From an uncultured Pelagibacteraceae bacterium (GTDB lineage: Bacteria > Pseudomonadota > Alphaproteobacteria > Pelagibacterales > AG-422-B15): a stretch of 64,000 bases of DNA. Location of the stretch: positions 1,517 to 65,516 of the forward strand of contig CACCAS010000002.1 of the NCBI GenBank assembly GCA_902544065.1, read 5' to 3'. The notes under the pieces were generated by a model. That model was not told the origin of the DNA. It was given only the letters and a program-made list of their open reading frames with translations, and searched no databases. Shown piece after piece: positions 1 to 12,000 of the stretch; within the stretch, counting starts at the first letter, position 1; each line of letters opens with the position of its first letter. The position numbers and the translations under genes are program-made.

Positions 1-98
1 CAGCGATGCAATTTGTAACGGCATTTTAAAGTTAAGTTTGAGTGATTGCACTTTTATAAAATCAATAAATAACACAGTAAGACAAATCTGATATATTT

Positions 99-1115
99 CT
101 AGGGCCGATAGAAAGAAGTCGTCAGAGCAATTTTACCAGTAGCTTTACGTGCAAGAATTGTTTCAAGAGCTTCTTGCCCTCTTTCAAGTGGGAGTACTTC
201 TGTAACTGGTGCTTTCAATTTACCCTCTTCATACCAGCTCGTCAGTTGGTTCATATTATCCAAATGATTTTGTGGCTCTAATGCAGTAAATTGGCCCCAA
301 AAGACGCCTACAGCGGAACATCCTTTGATCAAATAAAGATTCATAGGGATCTTAGGTATATGACCAGCTGCCCAACCGATAACTAAGAAACGTCCATTCC
401 ATGCAATACTTCTTAACGCAGGCTCTGTAAAATCAGCACCAACAGGATCATAAATAACATCTGGTCCTTTGCCACCAGTTGCTTTAGCGATTTCACTTCT
501 AAATTGTTTAACTTGATCACGATCTGTTAAATCATAACCACCATAATTAATGACTTCATCTGCACCATACTGTTTGCATACTTCTAATTTTTCATCAGAT
601 GATGCGGCTGCTACGACCTTAGCACCAAGAGCTTTGCCAATTTCAACAGCTGATATACCAACACCTCCAGCCGCTCCAAGAACCAATAACGTTTCACCTG
701 CTTTGAGTTGGCCACGATTTTTTAATGCGTATTGTGACGTTCCATAAGTTAATGTAAAGCAAGAGGCCGTCGTAAAATCCATACTGCTTGGCTTTTTATA
801 AATTTGAGCAGCACTGACAATCACTTGTTCTCTGAAGCCTCCAAAACCCGTCATGGCAACAACCTCGTCACCAACTTTCCAATCAGTAATGCTTTCACCA
901 ACTGCACTAATGGTTCCTGATATTTCACCACCCGGTGAAAAAGGAAGTGGTGGCTTTACTTGATACTTATCTTGTATAATTAAGGTGTCTGGAAAATTAA
1001 CACCAGCAGCATGCACATCAACCAGTATTTGACTTTTTTTTAATTCAGGAACTTCAACATCCTCATAAACCAATGAACTTGGAGGTCCGAATTCTTTACA
1101 AACAATTGCTTTCAT
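99..1115 (-). CDS. NADPH:quinone oxidoreductase-like medium-chain dehydrogenase/reductase
   Basis: 338-aa ORF; GroES-like N-terminal part (HAAGVNFPD) and Rossmann motif LVLGAAGGVGISAV typical of zeta-crystallin/quinone reductase MDRs. Confidence 0.8.
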   Translation of the reverse strand: MKAIVCKEFGPPSSLVYEDVEVPELKKSQILVDVHAAGVNFPDTLIIQDKYQVKPPLPFSPGGEISGTISAVGESITDWKVGDEVVAMTGFGGFREQVIVSAAQIYKKPSSMDFTTASCFTLTYGTSQYALKNRGQLKAGETLLVLGAAGGVGISAVEIGKALGAKVVAAASSDEKLEVCKQYGADEVINYGGYDLTDRDQVKQFRSEIAKATGGKGPDVIYDPVGADFTEPALRSIAWNGRFLVIGWAAGHIPKIPMNLYLIKGCSAVGVFWGQFTALEPQNHLDNMNQLTSWYEEGKLKAPVTEVLPLERGQEALETILARKATGKIALTTSFYRP

Positions 1116-1145
1116 AATTATGAATCTCGATATAAATTACAATCT

Positions 1146-1664
1146 ATGAAATTTATAAATTTCAAACTTATTCTATCAATATTACTGCTGAGTTCAATAA
1201 ATGCTTTTGCGGTCATGGATGTTGTGCATCTTGGTTCTTTTGGCAAAAGTGGAGCATGGCAAGCGAAAGAATTTAAAGATGGTACGTCCAAGATTTGCTA
1301 CATCATTTCAAAACCGATTGCGACCAATCCCTCAGATCTAAATCGCGGTGAGCATGCTTTAATGATTACAAATTTCCAGGAAGATGGGACTTCGCATGAA
1401 GCTAGTGTAGATACAGGGTTCACCTTTAAACCGAAAAGCATGGTTGAAGTCAGTATCAATAACAGCAACTACAAATTTTTCACAGTTGAATCAAGAGCCT
1501 GGCTAGCAGATGGCGAAAATGATAAGAAACTCATAAAAGATATGAAGAACGGAGCACGTGTCAAAGTCAAAAGCATATCAAGCAGAGGAACCAAAATAAC
1601 AGATACATATTCACTCATTGGATTTACAAAAGCATTAGCTGCGATAGACGAAGCCTGCTCATAA
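1146..1664 (+). CDS. secreted protein, possibly invasion-associated locus B (IalB)-like
   Basis: 172 aa with N-terminal signal peptide (LLLSSINAFA); C-terminal SxRGTxxTDTYSLIGFTKALAAIDEAC resembles remembered IalB-family tail; family call is tentative. Confidence 0.45.
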   Translation: MKFINFKLILSILLLSSINAFAVMDVVHLGSFGKSGAWQAKEFKDGTSKICYIISKPIATNPSDLNRGEHALMITNFQEDGTSHEASVDTGFTFKPKSMVEVSINNSNYKFFTVESRAWLADGENDKKLIKDMKNGARVKVKSISSRGTKITDTYSLIGFTKALAAIDEACS

Positions 1665-1670
1665 ACATAC

Positions 1671-2768
1671 ATGATAAATGAAAAATCAGACTTAATTGGA
1701 CTAAGTCAATCAGAGATATACGAATCTTTGATCACGAATGATCTCATCGAAGCAAAAGATAAATTTCGCGCTAAGCAAATATGGCACTGGCTTTATAATA
1801 AAGGTGAGACTGATTTTGAGAAAATGAGTTCGATCTCTAAAGAGTTGAGGTCAGCACTCCCTCAGTTTTATAAAATTAAAAGGCCAAAAATACAAACGCA
1901 TGAAAAATCTATTGATGGAACACAAAAGTGGTTATTCAAACTCAATGATGGAAATCTCATAGAGACAGTTTTTATTCCCGAAGATAATCGAGGAACTTTG
2001 TGTGTGTCATCACAAGTAGGCTGTACATTGAATTGTACATTTTGTTATACAGGTACACAAAAGTTAGTCCGTAATTTAACCAGTGAAGAAATTGTTTCAC
2101 AATTACTCGTGGCTAAGGATGAATTATCTGATTGGTCCAATAAACATGGAAGAAAGATTTCAAATGTTGTTTTCATGGGCATGGGGGAGCCTCTCTATAA
2201 TTATAAAAATGTCAAACAAGCTGCAGAAATTATGGGTGATAAGGAAGGAATTCAGTTATCAACAAAGAGAATAACGCTTAGTACATCAGGGATTGTCCCT
2301 GAAATAATGAAATGGGGAGAAGAAGTGGATTCAAGACTTGCGATATCATTGCATGCAACAAACGATGAATTACGCAATGAGATCGTACCAATTAATAAAA
2401 AATTTCCCTTAAAAGAATTGATTAAATCTTGCCGAGAATATCCAAGAGCTAAAAATGCAAAGCGCATCACGTTCGAGTATGTGATGCTCAAGGGGGTCAA
2501 TGACGACGTAGCCGATGCACGTAAACTGGTTAAATTAATTTCAGGAATTCCAGCGAAAATTAATCTTATTCCCTTTAACCCGTGGCCTAATTCGCCCTAT
2601 GAATGCTCTGATAAAGAGCAAATTAAGAAATTTAGTGACATCATTAAAAATGCAGGTTATGCAAGCCCTGTTAGAAAAACAAGAGGACAAGACATTATGG
2701 CTGCATGCGGTCAACTCAAGTCCTCAAGTATAAAAGTAAGAAAAAGTGAACTAAGAAATCATGGATAA
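1671..2768 (+). CDS. rlmN: 23S rRNA/tRNA adenine-C2 methyltransferase, radical SAM
   Basis: 365 aa; radical-SAM [15 protein letters not shown]-terminal catalytic Cys context MAACGQL. Confidence 0.9.
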   Translation: MINEKSDLIGLSQSEIYESLITNDLIEAKDKFRAKQIWHWLYNKGETDFEKMSSISKELRSALPQFYKIKRPKIQTHEKSIDGTQKWLFKLNDGNLIETVFIPEDNRGTLCVSSQVGCTLNCTFCYTGTQKLVRNLTSEEIVSQLLVAKDELSDWSNKHGRKISNVVFMGMGEPLYNYKNVKQAAEIMGDKEGIQLSTKRITLSTSGIVPEIMKWGEEVDSRLAISLHATNDELRNEIVPINKKFPLKELIKSCREYPRAKNAKRITFEYVMLKGVNDDVADARKLVKLISGIPAKINLIPFNPWPNSPYECSDKEQIKKFSDIIKNAGYASPVRKTRGQDIMAACGQLKSSSIKVRKSELRNHG

Positions 2769-3954
2769 AGTAAATAAAGTTGTTCTTGCTTACTCAGGTG
2801 GGCTTGATACATCAGTTATATTAAGATGGCTTAAAGAAACCTACTCGTGCGAAGTAGTTACGTTTACTGCGAATTTAGGTCAAGATGAAGATTATGATTT
2901 GGTTGAGAAAAAAGCAGCTCAGCAAGGTGTTAAAGAAATATTCATTGAAGACCTTAAAGAAGAATTTGTCCGAGATTATGTTTTTCCTATGTTCAGAGCA
3001 AATCCACTTTATGAAGGCTACTATCTTTTAGGCACATCTATTGCGAGACCTTTGATTGCAAAAAAACAAATTGAAATTGCAAATAAAGTAGGTGCCGATG
3101 CTGTATCACATGGTGCAACAGGGAAAGGTAATGATCAAATTAGATTTGAATTGGGTTATTATTATCATAAACCTGATATTAAAATTATCAGTCCATGGAG
3201 AGAATGGGATCTTACATCCAGAACATCTTTAGTTGAGTATGCTGATCAACACGGCATTGAGATTGCCAAAGACAAAAGAGGGGAACAACCTTTCAGTATT
3301 GATGAAAATATTTTGCACTCTTCTGCTGAAGGCAAAGTCCTTGAAGATCCTTGGGAAGAAGCTCCCGATTATGTATATACAAGATCTGTATCACCAGAAA
3401 ATGCTCCTGATACTCCAGAAGAGATCACCATTGAGTTCAAACACGGCGATGCCTGCACGTTAAATGGGCAAAACATGACGCCCTTTGAATTGTTAAAAGC
3501 CTTGAATGAGATGGGCGGAAAACATGGCATAGGTAGAGTAGATTTGGTGGAAAATAGGTATATCGGTATGAAATCTAGAGGCATATACGAAACGCCAGGT
3601 GGAACAATCCTATATCACGCTCACAGAGCCATAGAAAGCATCACATTAGACAAAGAAGCAGCTCACATGAAAGACGAACTCTCTCCCAAGTATGCAGAAT
3701 TAGTCTACAACGGCTACTGGTTTTCACCAGAAAGAGAAATGATGCAATCCATGATTGATAAATCTCAAGCGAATGTAGAAGGTAAAGTGAGACTAAAACT
3801 CTATAAAGGCAATACCAAAATTACAGGACGTGAGAGTTCAATGAGTCTATACAATCCTAATCTGGCAACTTTTGAGTCAGATAATATTTATTCTCAAAAA
3901 GATGCTGAAGGCTTCATCAAACTGAACGCTTTGAGATTAAGAGAGAAAAAATAA
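2761..3954 (+). CDS. argG: argininosuccinate synthase
   Basis: 397 aa; [12 protein letters not shown]-PPase motif, [13 protein letters not shown]; overlaps rlmN by 8 nt. Confidence 0.95.
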   Translation: MDKVNKVVLAYSGGLDTSVILRWLKETYSCEVVTFTANLGQDEDYDLVEKKAAQQGVKEIFIEDLKEEFVRDYVFPMFRANPLYEGYYLLGTSIARPLIAKKQIEIANKVGADAVSHGATGKGNDQIRFELGYYYHKPDIKIISPWREWDLTSRTSLVEYADQHGIEIAKDKRGEQPFSIDENILHSSAEGKVLEDPWEEAPDYVYTRSVSPENAPDTPEEITIEFKHGDACTLNGQNMTPFELLKALNEMGGKHGIGRVDLVENRYIGMKSRGIYETPGGTILYHAHRAIESITLDKEAAHMKDELSPKYAELVYNGYWFSPEREMMQSMIDKSQANVEGKVRLKLYKGNTKITGRESSMSLYNPNLATFESDNIYSQKDAEGFIKLNALRLREKK

Positions 3955-4842
3955 TTATTGTTGCTGCCGTATTGCAGCATCAACTGTGTTCTTCAATAAA
4001 CATGCGATTGTCATAGGTCCAACACCTCCTGGGACAGGAGTAATTGCTGAAGCTACACTCAACACTTCATCAAAATCAACATCGCCAACGAGTTTTGTTT
4101 TGCCTGGATTTTCTGGATGATCAACACGATTGATACCAACATCAATAACAATTGCTCCTTCTTTAATCCAATCTTTTTTTACCATCAGCGGTTTGCCCAC
4201 TGCTGCAACAACAATATCAGCTTGCCTAGTGAGTTCTTCAATATTTCTTGTCTTCGAATGCGCAATGGTCACAGTACAAGATTCCTCTAAAAGTAATTGT
4301 GCCATTGGCTTACCAACAATGTTTGATCTACCAATAATTACAGCGTGCATCCCTTTGAGATCTTCAACAGATTTCTTTAACATTAAATAACATCCAAGAG
4401 GAGTGCACGGGGTAAATGTTTTATTTAAGAGTTCACCGCCAATTGAGTTTCTGCCAACGTTTACTGCATGAAATCCATCTGCATCTTTAATAGGATCAAT
4501 TGAATCAATGATTGCTCTAGAGTCTATATGTAATGGCAGTGGTAATTGAACCAGTATACCATTCACTTTATTGTCTTTGTTAAGATCATCAATAAGCTTC
4601 AATAAGTCGTTCTCAGTAACGGTTGTATCTAAAAAATGGTCTTCTACATCCATACCAATTTCTTTAGCCATTTTCGTTTTAGTCTTTACGTAAACTTGGC
4701 TAGCTGGATCTTCACCCACTAAGACCACTGCAAGGGTTGGAACTTTGTTAAAATCTTTTTTAAAAGTCTCAACTTTTATCGCAGTTTCTGCACGCAAATC
4801 AGCAGCAATTTTTTTTCCGTCAATTAACTTATTTTTGTCCAT
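3955..4842 (-). CDS. folD: bifunctional methylenetetrahydrofolate dehydrogenase/methenyl-THF cyclohydrolase
   Basis: 295 aa; [33 protein letters not shown]. Confidence 0.95.
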   Translation of the reverse strand: MDKNKLIDGKKIAADLRAETAIKVETFKKDFNKVPTLAVVLVGEDPASQVYVKTKTKMAKEIGMDVEDHFLDTTVTENDLLKLIDDLNKDNKVNGILVQLPLPLHIDSRAIIDSIDPIKDADGFHAVNVGRNSIGGELLNKTFTPCTPLGCYLMLKKSVEDLKGMHAVIIGRSNIVGKPMAQLLLEESCTVTIAHSKTRNIEELTRQADIVVAAVGKPLMVKKDWIKEGAIVIDVGINRVDHPENPGKTKLVGDVDFDEVLSVASAITPVPGGVGPMTIACLLKNTVDAAIRQQQ

Positions 4843-4845
4843 GAT

Positions 4846-5139
4846 TTACAATGCAATCGTCATATAAAAATATTCATAAAGCAGATTTCTTATAAAGTAT
4901 AAAATCAAAATCAAGACCACAGGAGAAATATCAATCCCGCTAAGATTTGGCAAAAAATTTCTTATGGGGTTAAGCAGTGGATCAGTTAATCTTTTAGTGC
5001 CATAATATACGGCAATAATAATTCTATTCTGTGTATTGAAGATATTCATAGCTATCAACCAGCTAAAAATAACATTGATAATCAGCACCCATGTGTAGAG
5101 ATTTATAATCTGGTCAAAGAGAATGATGAGCGAATTCAT
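4846..5139 (-). CDS. YggT family membrane protein
   Basis: 97 aa, two hydrophobic segments, TDPLLNPIR motif typical of YggT/Ycf19. Confidence 0.7.
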   Translation of the reverse strand: MNSLIILFDQIINLYTWVLIINVIFSWLIAMNIFNTQNRIIIAVYYGTKRLTDPLLNPIRNFLPNLSGIDISPVVLILILYFIRNLLYEYFYMTIAL

Positions 5140-5834
5140 TTATTAATATCCTTCAATAAATAATTATCCAAAAAGGAGTCTAACCATAAATTTATTTTTT
5201 TACCATGTTTAAGTCGATGAGTAAGTTGTTCACGTCGATTTTGTGCACCTTTTTCTTTTAACATGTAGCCAGCGTAGTACAGCCATCGAAGATGCATCTT
5301 TAAATTAACCTCTGGATGAAATTGAATAGCTAAAGCATTTTTATATCGGAATGCTTGCTCTCTAAATAGATCACCATTAGCGAGAATTTCACATGATTTA
5401 GGCACAGTAAAACCTTCTCGATGCCACTGGAAAAACTTTTTCTGCCTTTGGAACATCTTATGGCCATCTCCTGTAGGGTTGATATCAAAAAAACCAATTT
5501 CAAGTGTAAGATCATGAGATTTTTGAACTGACCCACCAAGGTTCTTGGCCAGCATTTGAGCACCTAAACATATGCCCAGAAATGGCTTATTGGACTCAAG
5601 TACTTTGGAAATCCATTCTATCTCGTATTTTATATAATCGAGATCATCATTGGCACTCGGCGGACCACCATAGATGACGGCTAAGTCATGCTCATCCATG
5701 TTTTCTGGTAGTTTTTCGCCCATCACTGGCCTTCTGACATCCAGTGTGTAGCCCCGCTTTCTTAATTTGATGCCAACATCTCCTGTGCTCGATCTCGGTT
5801 GGTGGACGACCATAAGTGCAGTTTTTTTATTCAT
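5136..5834 (-). CDS. class I glutamine amidotransferase-like protein
   Basis: 232 aa; nucleophile elbow FLGICLGAQ and QFHPE catalytic His-Glu motif. Confidence 0.75.
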   Translation of the reverse strand: MNKKTALMVVHQPRSSTGDVGIKLRKRGYTLDVRRPVMGEKLPENMDEHDLAVIYGGPPSANDDLDYIKYEIEWISKVLESNKPFLGICLGAQMLAKNLGGSVQKSHDLTLEIGFFDINPTGDGHKMFQRQKKFFQWHREGFTVPKSCEILANGDLFREQAFRYKNALAIQFHPEVNLKMHLRWLYYAGYMLKEKGAQNRREQLTHRLKHGKKINLWLDSFLDNYLLKDINK

Positions 5835-5850
5835 AGTTTAAACTATGAAA

Positions 5851-6621
5851 TTACATGGCGCTAAGGCCACCATCAAGAACAATTTCTGTTCCAGTCATAA
5901 ATTTTGACTCATCGGATGCTAAGTACAAAATCGCATATGATACGTCGTCCGTATCGCCAATTTTATTCATTGGAATTTGTCTTGCAAGCTTTGCAACAGC
6001 TTCATCTGCTCCGAAGGCTTGCTTGATAGGGTCTAGGATCGGAGTGTTAACAAACGCTGGGTGTATTGAGTTACATCTAACATCATAACCTTTTTTTGCG
6101 CAATATAATGCTACTGATTTAGAGAGTAATCGTACGCCTGCTTTTGACGAATTATAGGCAGCTGTATTCCACCCAGCAACAATACCTGAAATAGAAGATA
6201 TATTAATAATGGATCCATTTTCATATTTGCTCATTACCGGGATGACATATTTACAGCCCAAAAAAACACTGTCTAAGTTTACTTCATGAACTTTTTTCCA
6301 GATCTCAAAATCAGTTGAAACAACATCTGATCCAAGACTAATTCCTGCACTGTTCACTAAAATATTAATTTTGCCAAAATAGCTATTTGTTTGATCAATA
6401 ATATCAATCCAAGATTGTTCTTTTGTAACATCGTGTATACAGGTTGAGAATTGGCTTTGGCTAAATTTACTTAATCGGTCTGGCATTGATTCAATCACCT
6501 CACGATTAATATCTGTAAGCATAACCTTAGCACCTTCCTCAAGAAGTTTCTGTGCTGCTGCAAAACCCAGTCCTGAAGCAGCACCGGTGACAATTGCAAC
6601 CTTATCTTTTACTCGAGACAT
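5851..6621 (-). CDS. short-chain dehydrogenase/reductase (hydroxysteroid/3-oxoacyl reductase-like)
   Basis: 256 aa; VTGAASGLG, NSAG, YNSSKAG (YxxxK); starts 2 nt after the stop of the upstream BNR gene. Confidence 0.85.
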   Translation of the reverse strand: MSRVKDKVAIVTGAASGLGFAAAQKLLEEGAKVMLTDINREVIESMPDRLSKFSQSQFSTCIHDVTKEQSWIDIIDQTNSYFGKINILVNSAGISLGSDVVSTDFEIWKKVHEVNLDSVFLGCKYVIPVMSKYENGSIINISSISGIVAGWNTAAYNSSKAGVRLLSKSVALYCAKKGYDVRCNSIHPAFVNTPILDPIKQAFGADEAVAKLARQIPMNKIGDTDDVSYAILYLASDESKFMTGTEIVLDGGLSAM

Positions 6622-6623
6622 AA

Positions 6624-7760
6624 TTAAAAATCGACTTCAATGAATGAGTCCTGACTAGAGGTATTTTCCGAAACAGCATTTTCATAGCATTCATTCATGT
6701 CATGTTTGCGTATTCCATTTTCACCTGACAAAAGTAATTTACCATCTTTCAATTGAACTAGTGATGTATTGCTCAGGCGATCAGATCTAACACATGTTGC
6801 AATGGTTCTCTTGCTATTGATATCTAAGGTTGAAATTGCACCACCGTTACCTGTCATAGCAACACCAGCATTTGCTAACATAATTGCGTGCGTTAAACTA
6901 TTTTTAACGCCAATATTTATATAATCAAATAGGAATATTTTACAATTGCCGTCAAATCTTCCACCCTCATAGCAGGCAAAACCTGTTTTCGCATCTTCGA
7001 CGGGCTCATCATTTAATTCTGTATCTAATTCCTCAACCACGACAATATTCCCAGACATTCCTAAAAGAAAAAATAAACCAGGTCTTGCCATTATTCCAGA
7101 CCACAAAGATCCTTCATACCCAGTGTCAACTGTCATCCACGTCAATCCCTTATCAGGGGATAGATAAAATTTTCCTAATTCACCTACTGCATAACCACTT
7201 TGACTGGCATTAGCACTACCCATTAGTGGCCCATGGCTAAAAGCATAATTAATATGTGGCTGATAATCATCTTCTGATATAAATAAAAATCCCCAAGACT
7301 TACCACCATTAGTTGTTCTTAATGATAGAGCAAACGCGCCAACTGCAACACCATGCAGTTCGTCAAACATATGTATGGATAATAATGGTGCATCGAAATC
7401 AAAATCTTCGTACTGTATTACCCAATTTTCCCCTCCATCGTTGCTGTGTAATATCGTTGCGTCATGTCCAGTGGCCCAGCAAAGATTTACAACAGGGCAA
7501 CTGATGTCAGTAATGGTATTGGTGTATGGAACAGACTCTGCTTGTGTCCAACTATCTCCCTCATCATCTGAGTAAATCACTATACCATGTACACCTACAG
7601 CATAAATTCTATTACCAGATATTTCCATTGCTGTAATTAATGCGTCCTTTGCGTTTTCAGACTTTGCTGCTTGTCCAGAGCCAAAGTTAAAGTCAGTAGC
7701 AAGTGTTATTTGCGAAAAGCACATTAGAGTCGTAAACACTAGAGAAAAAATTAAAGCCAT
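6624..7760 (-). CDS. secreted BNR/Asp-box beta-propeller protein (Ycf48/PSII_BNR-like)
   Basis: 378 aa, signal peptide; four Asp-box repeats SDDEGDSW, SNDGGENW, TTNGGKSW, SPDKGLTW. Confidence 0.7.
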   Translation of the reverse strand: MALIFSLVFTTLMCFSQITLATDFNFGSGQAAKSENAKDALITAMEISGNRIYAVGVHGIVIYSDDEGDSWTQAESVPYTNTITDISCPVVNLCWATGHDATILHSNDGGENWVIQYEDFDFDAPLLSIHMFDELHGVAVGAFALSLRTTNGGKSWGFLFISEDDYQPHINYAFSHGPLMGSANASQSGYAVGELGKFYLSPDKGLTWMTVDTGYEGSLWSGIMARPGLFFLLGMSGNIVVVEELDTELNDEPVEDAKTGFACYEGGRFDGNCKIFLFDYINIGVKNSLTHAIMLANAGVAMTGNGGAISTLDINSKRTIATCVRSDRLSNTSLVQLKDGKLLLSGENGIRKHDMNECYENAVSENTSSQDSFIEVDF

Positions 7761-7778
7761 AATCTTGTTGTTTAAATT

Positions 7779-7811
7779 AAAGCCCGACTTGTATAAATCA
7801 AGTCGGGCTTT
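7779..7811 (-). terminator. intrinsic terminator/attenuator hairpin between the DUF1329 and BNR genes
   Basis: perfect 13-bp inverted repeat AAAGCCCGACTTG / CAAGTCGGGCTTT with 7-nt loop, T-rich flank on both strands; lies in the 78-nt spacer. Confidence 0.6.
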
Positions 7812-7838
7812 TAATTCGTTTAAAATGAGATAGAAGAT

Positions 7839-9062
7839 CTATCTAGCGTAACGTCTCAAACCGTCAGGTGTATAGAAACTTGGTGGCTTTTCCGCTCCAT
7901 TGTATGTTGGAATTTCCGGATAAACTGCTTCACCAAAAACGTTATTGCCACTGTATGATCTCGTAGCAAAATCAAAGGTAAATTCGCCATTTGTGAAACA
8001 CTCCGTAGCCGATGAAGCTCCCCATTTTCCCATAACAGCTGTGCCTAGATATGTTCTTAATAGATCACCTGCACCATCATACATATCGTGAAGACCTAAG
8101 TGATAATAATCATCATCAACAAAGTAAAACGTTCTTGAAGCGTATAAATGTCTTTGACCTGGCTTAAGTTGAGCGTGAACAACGTGAACATCTTTCTCTT
8201 CAAAACGAACATAATCAGGATTTAAATGATTTACCGAGTGCGTTAACTCAACAGGGTTATCACTGATTGCATTATTTGACATTGGAACTAGTGCAGTTCT
8301 CTTTCCTTCATAAGTCCAATCATATTTATCTTGTGCACCGTTAAACCCACCATATTGATCAACAGTAATGAGACCACCACCAGCATTCACTACTGTATCA
8401 TAGTTAATATTTGGAGTTCTTCTTACTCTACGTGTAGCAGGGCTATATTGCCAAGCTTTACGAGGTTGCACATAACTATCAACAAAGTCATGGACAAGAG
8501 TAACAACCCCAGCAGCTCTTGGTGGTCCTATATTTTTCTGCATAAACATCGCATGGATATTATTATCAGCATATTGCGACTGTGTGTCAGGATTTTGTGG
8601 GAACACAATATCCGTAATTTGTTGTCCAATTATAATTGATCCATCAGCTGCGACATTGGTAGAAGTTCCTACTCTTTGAGCATTTGAAATATAACTTCCA
8701 GTCATTCTGAAGTTCCAAACAAAATGTTGAGGATGTGTTGGATTTGGGAAAGGTATTTGTCCAACGTTAGGAACCTCGAAGCCTTCGTTATCATTGACCA
8801 TCGTGCCATTTGTTTCTGTCAAGGCAAGTACATCATCCGGCGCAGTACACGCAGGAGAACTTTCGTAAACATCAATCCTAAACGTATCTGGATAAGCACT
8901 AAACATAGCCTTTTGGCCAGGTGTTAGCACGTCATCATATTCAGCAATATTTCCTGCAGTCACTGAGTATTTTAAGTGACCATCAGCCAGAACAGCTGAA
9001 ACAGAAAACACTACTGCAGCAAAAGTTGCTGTTAGTAAGTTTTTTATATTCATTTTATTCAT
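7839..9062 (-). CDS. DUF1329 family protein (LolA-like outer-membrane lipoprotein-sorting fold)
   Basis: 407 aa, signal peptide; WQYSPATRRVRRTP and YDWTYEGKRTALVPMSNN match remembered DUF1329 signatures (RRVRR.P, DWK..GK.E..PYN). Confidence 0.7.
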   Translation of the reverse strand: MNKMNIKNLLTATFAAVVFSVSAVLADGHLKYSVTAGNIAEYDDVLTPGQKAMFSAYPDTFRIDVYESSPACTAPDDVLALTETNGTMVNDNEGFEVPNVGQIPFPNPTHPQHFVWNFRMTGSYISNAQRVGTSTNVAADGSIIIGQQITDIVFPQNPDTQSQYADNNIHAMFMQKNIGPPRAAGVVTLVHDFVDSYVQPRKAWQYSPATRRVRRTPNINYDTVVNAGGGLITVDQYGGFNGAQDKYDWTYEGKRTALVPMSNNAISDNPVELTHSVNHLNPDYVRFEEKDVHVVHAQLKPGQRHLYASRTFYFVDDDYYHLGLHDMYDGAGDLLRTYLGTAVMGKWGASSATECFTNGEFTFDFATRSYSGNNVFGEAVYPEIPTYNGAEKPPSFYTPDGLRRYAR

Positions 9063-9080
9063 CGTATTCCCTTCCCTAAA

Positions 9081-12000
9081 TTAAAATGAGTGAGAAACTG
9101 ACGCTGAAACAAAGTCCATGTCGTTTCTAAGGTTAATATCGTCGTCACCCATATTGTCGATATAGTTAAGATCAACTGAGGTGTCACCATTTACCAAAGA
9201 CACACCAACTCTCATTGACATGCTACCTTCAGTAATTCCAAGTGCCGATGCCGGTCCATAACCGCTAAAGTCGTGAGACCATGCAAAGCTTGGGTTTAAT
9301 GACCATGCTGAATTGAGATAGTTATTATAAGCCGCACCACCAACGATTCTGTAAGTAAATGCTTTATCATCTGCCCCCATTCTGCCTTCACAGTATGATC
9401 CATTACCGAAAACTCCATCTGTAATACTTGATCCAAGAGCCGTATGAGTACCATCAGACATGTTATAGTCAATCTGTGACGCAGTAGTATCAGAAAGTGA
9501 AGTAGTGATCTCATAGGATGCTAGTTTTGCATTAAGAGCTGTAAGTTCATCTGCAGGCAAGTCTTTAAACATACCTAAGCACAAGTACTCACCATTACCC
9601 TCATTAAAACCACTTCGAGCAATATAACCATCTCTCATGTTATCCATGTCTGAAATGAAACCACCAGCAAGCTCTGTTAACAAGAATGCGCTGTCAGCTC
9701 CCAATGTAGTCACAATTGGATCAGAGGCCGTGAATGTAGTTGTCGTACCAATATCAAAAGATAAGATATCCTTTTTGATATAAGGAGTTGTGTAGAAATC
9801 AACGCCTGGAGAACCAGCATTAGCTAGTTGAGGTAGTGAGGATCTTGTGTTGTTCAATATTGCTGTATTGTAAGATCCCGCACCGTAAATTGACTCATAG
9901 GCAGTTTTCATTTGAGCAATTCTGCCTGCTTTTACACCTGATGCGTCAAGTAATGCACCATCGTAACCGGCTAGTGTCAACGCCGTGGTAACGCCTGTAA
10001 CATCCTGAAGTTGAGCTGCTTGTTCACCAAGTGAATAAGCTAGAGGAAAATCAGGTCTGTAGGAAACTTCACCATTTACCATTGTGCCATTAACATTTGT
10101 ACTGAAACTTGCACCATAAATTTCGTTATCCTCAGGATAAACAAATTGATATTTTGCATAGTTCAAAGGTGTAACTGCTGCTGCCAAGGCTGGCGTAAAT
10201 GAAATATATAGTCCAGCGTTCGTAGCAGTATCCCACTGTTTTGTAGGATCGTTATACATCACTCCGTTGCTCATAAGGATACGATTGTTGATATTACTGA
10301 AAATTTCTTTCTCATACTCAGAGCAACCACTTTCAAGTTTTGCATAACCGCCAGAGTAAGTACAGCCGAGAGACTCGGATGCACCTTCACCAACATCCAC
10401 TGAAGCATTTAATAATGCATAAAGCATCATTTGCTGTGCAGAACCAACAGTGTAACCAAGTGATTCTGTGCCAGTTAAAGCTCCAATACCAGTAGCAGCT
10501 CCCATATCAGTACCTCTTGCAGTAGTTAACATTGCACCATTAACTGACGTGGCAGTTGCCGCACCTAATGGGTACATACTAATTGCAACACCTGCGGCTT
10601 GTTGTGCGTCAGCAACATGAGCCGTGTACGCACCTACGATGTCACCAGCAAGCATACCACCTTTACCTACTAATCTTATGTAAGGAACTTTTGAGTGGTA
10701 GTTTGCATAATAGAACTGTGCATCAACGCCAGTACCAATGTCATCAAAATATTTACCAAATTTGATACCGAATTGTCCGTCATCATCTGGCAATACATGT
10801 TTTTCTGAATGCGCTCTGAAATGAACAGTAGCAGCTTGATCAAATTCCCATGCGTCAATGTTAGCGTCAGCCCAAACAGCAGCTGCATCAGCAGCAGTGT
10901 TCAATTTACCAGCTGTTTCCAGTCCGCCTGTGATCACCAGGTTTTGGAATTCATAACCACCAGCTTCCAATGTAGACTGAGCCGCTGAAGCAGCTGCGGC
11001 CTGTGTACCAACCGCTAAGGCTGCAAAATCTGCAGCTGCAGTTTCTGACAATGGATTAATACCTGCATTTGCATACATTGTCCCAACATAAGTTGTTAAA
11101 CCGTTATCACCAGTAGTTGGGTGAATTGGAATACTGTACAAACCAGAACTTGGAGGTGCATTTGTTGCATTTGATGCGCCTGCAATCCACTTATCAATGT
11201 CAGTTGTATCACCCGCAGCATAAGCAGTAGCCGCAGTTGTCCAAGCTGTTCTATTTAAATAACCAAAATCATGAGTATTTGGAGTTGCAAGCGAAGCTGT
11301 TGATTCTCCTGCAGCCCACGTAGTATCATTACACGCTGCACCAACTAAAAGAGTTTCAGAAGTGTTACACTTACCTACAGGGTATTGTGAGTTTAAGTAA
11401 CCACCGCTTGCAAGGATATCATCACCACCTGTAGCAGCAACTTGAGAACCGAAGAAAGTTCCTGATGGATCAATCTTTATCGCATCATGGCCAAACTGAT
11501 AGTAAGCCTCCATTGACCATCCTTCGAGATCCGTTGCGAATGTAATTTGTTCAGTTGGTAAAATTGCTTCACGAATACTTGATCCTGGAGCTCTTAATTT
11601 CGATAAGTCAAATGAGTTAGCCACTAAACCGTTGAAGCCTACAGGAATAAATGTTGCTTCACCCCAGTTTGTTGCTTGTTTTCCAATTGTAATGTCCACA
11701 ATGCTATCACCCACATCAAGAGAGGTTGTTACATAAGCATCAAGTAATTGAAAATCGTTTTCATATTCATTCTCAGCTTCGTTTGTAAGTTGCTTAAAGA
11801 TTGGGGAGCTTATATCTAAAGCAGGGTTTACGTTAGCTGTGAATGATAAATCAAAACGAAGGCCGGCATCTGTTTCGCCATCGATGGCTGTGAAAAGTTT
11901 TTGTGTTGCGTCAATCACATCACCTCGATCGAAGTTTAAGTTTCCAAGATCAGAGTTGACATTTCCATACTCGACTGGTTTCGTTGCTGTGTTGCCATAG

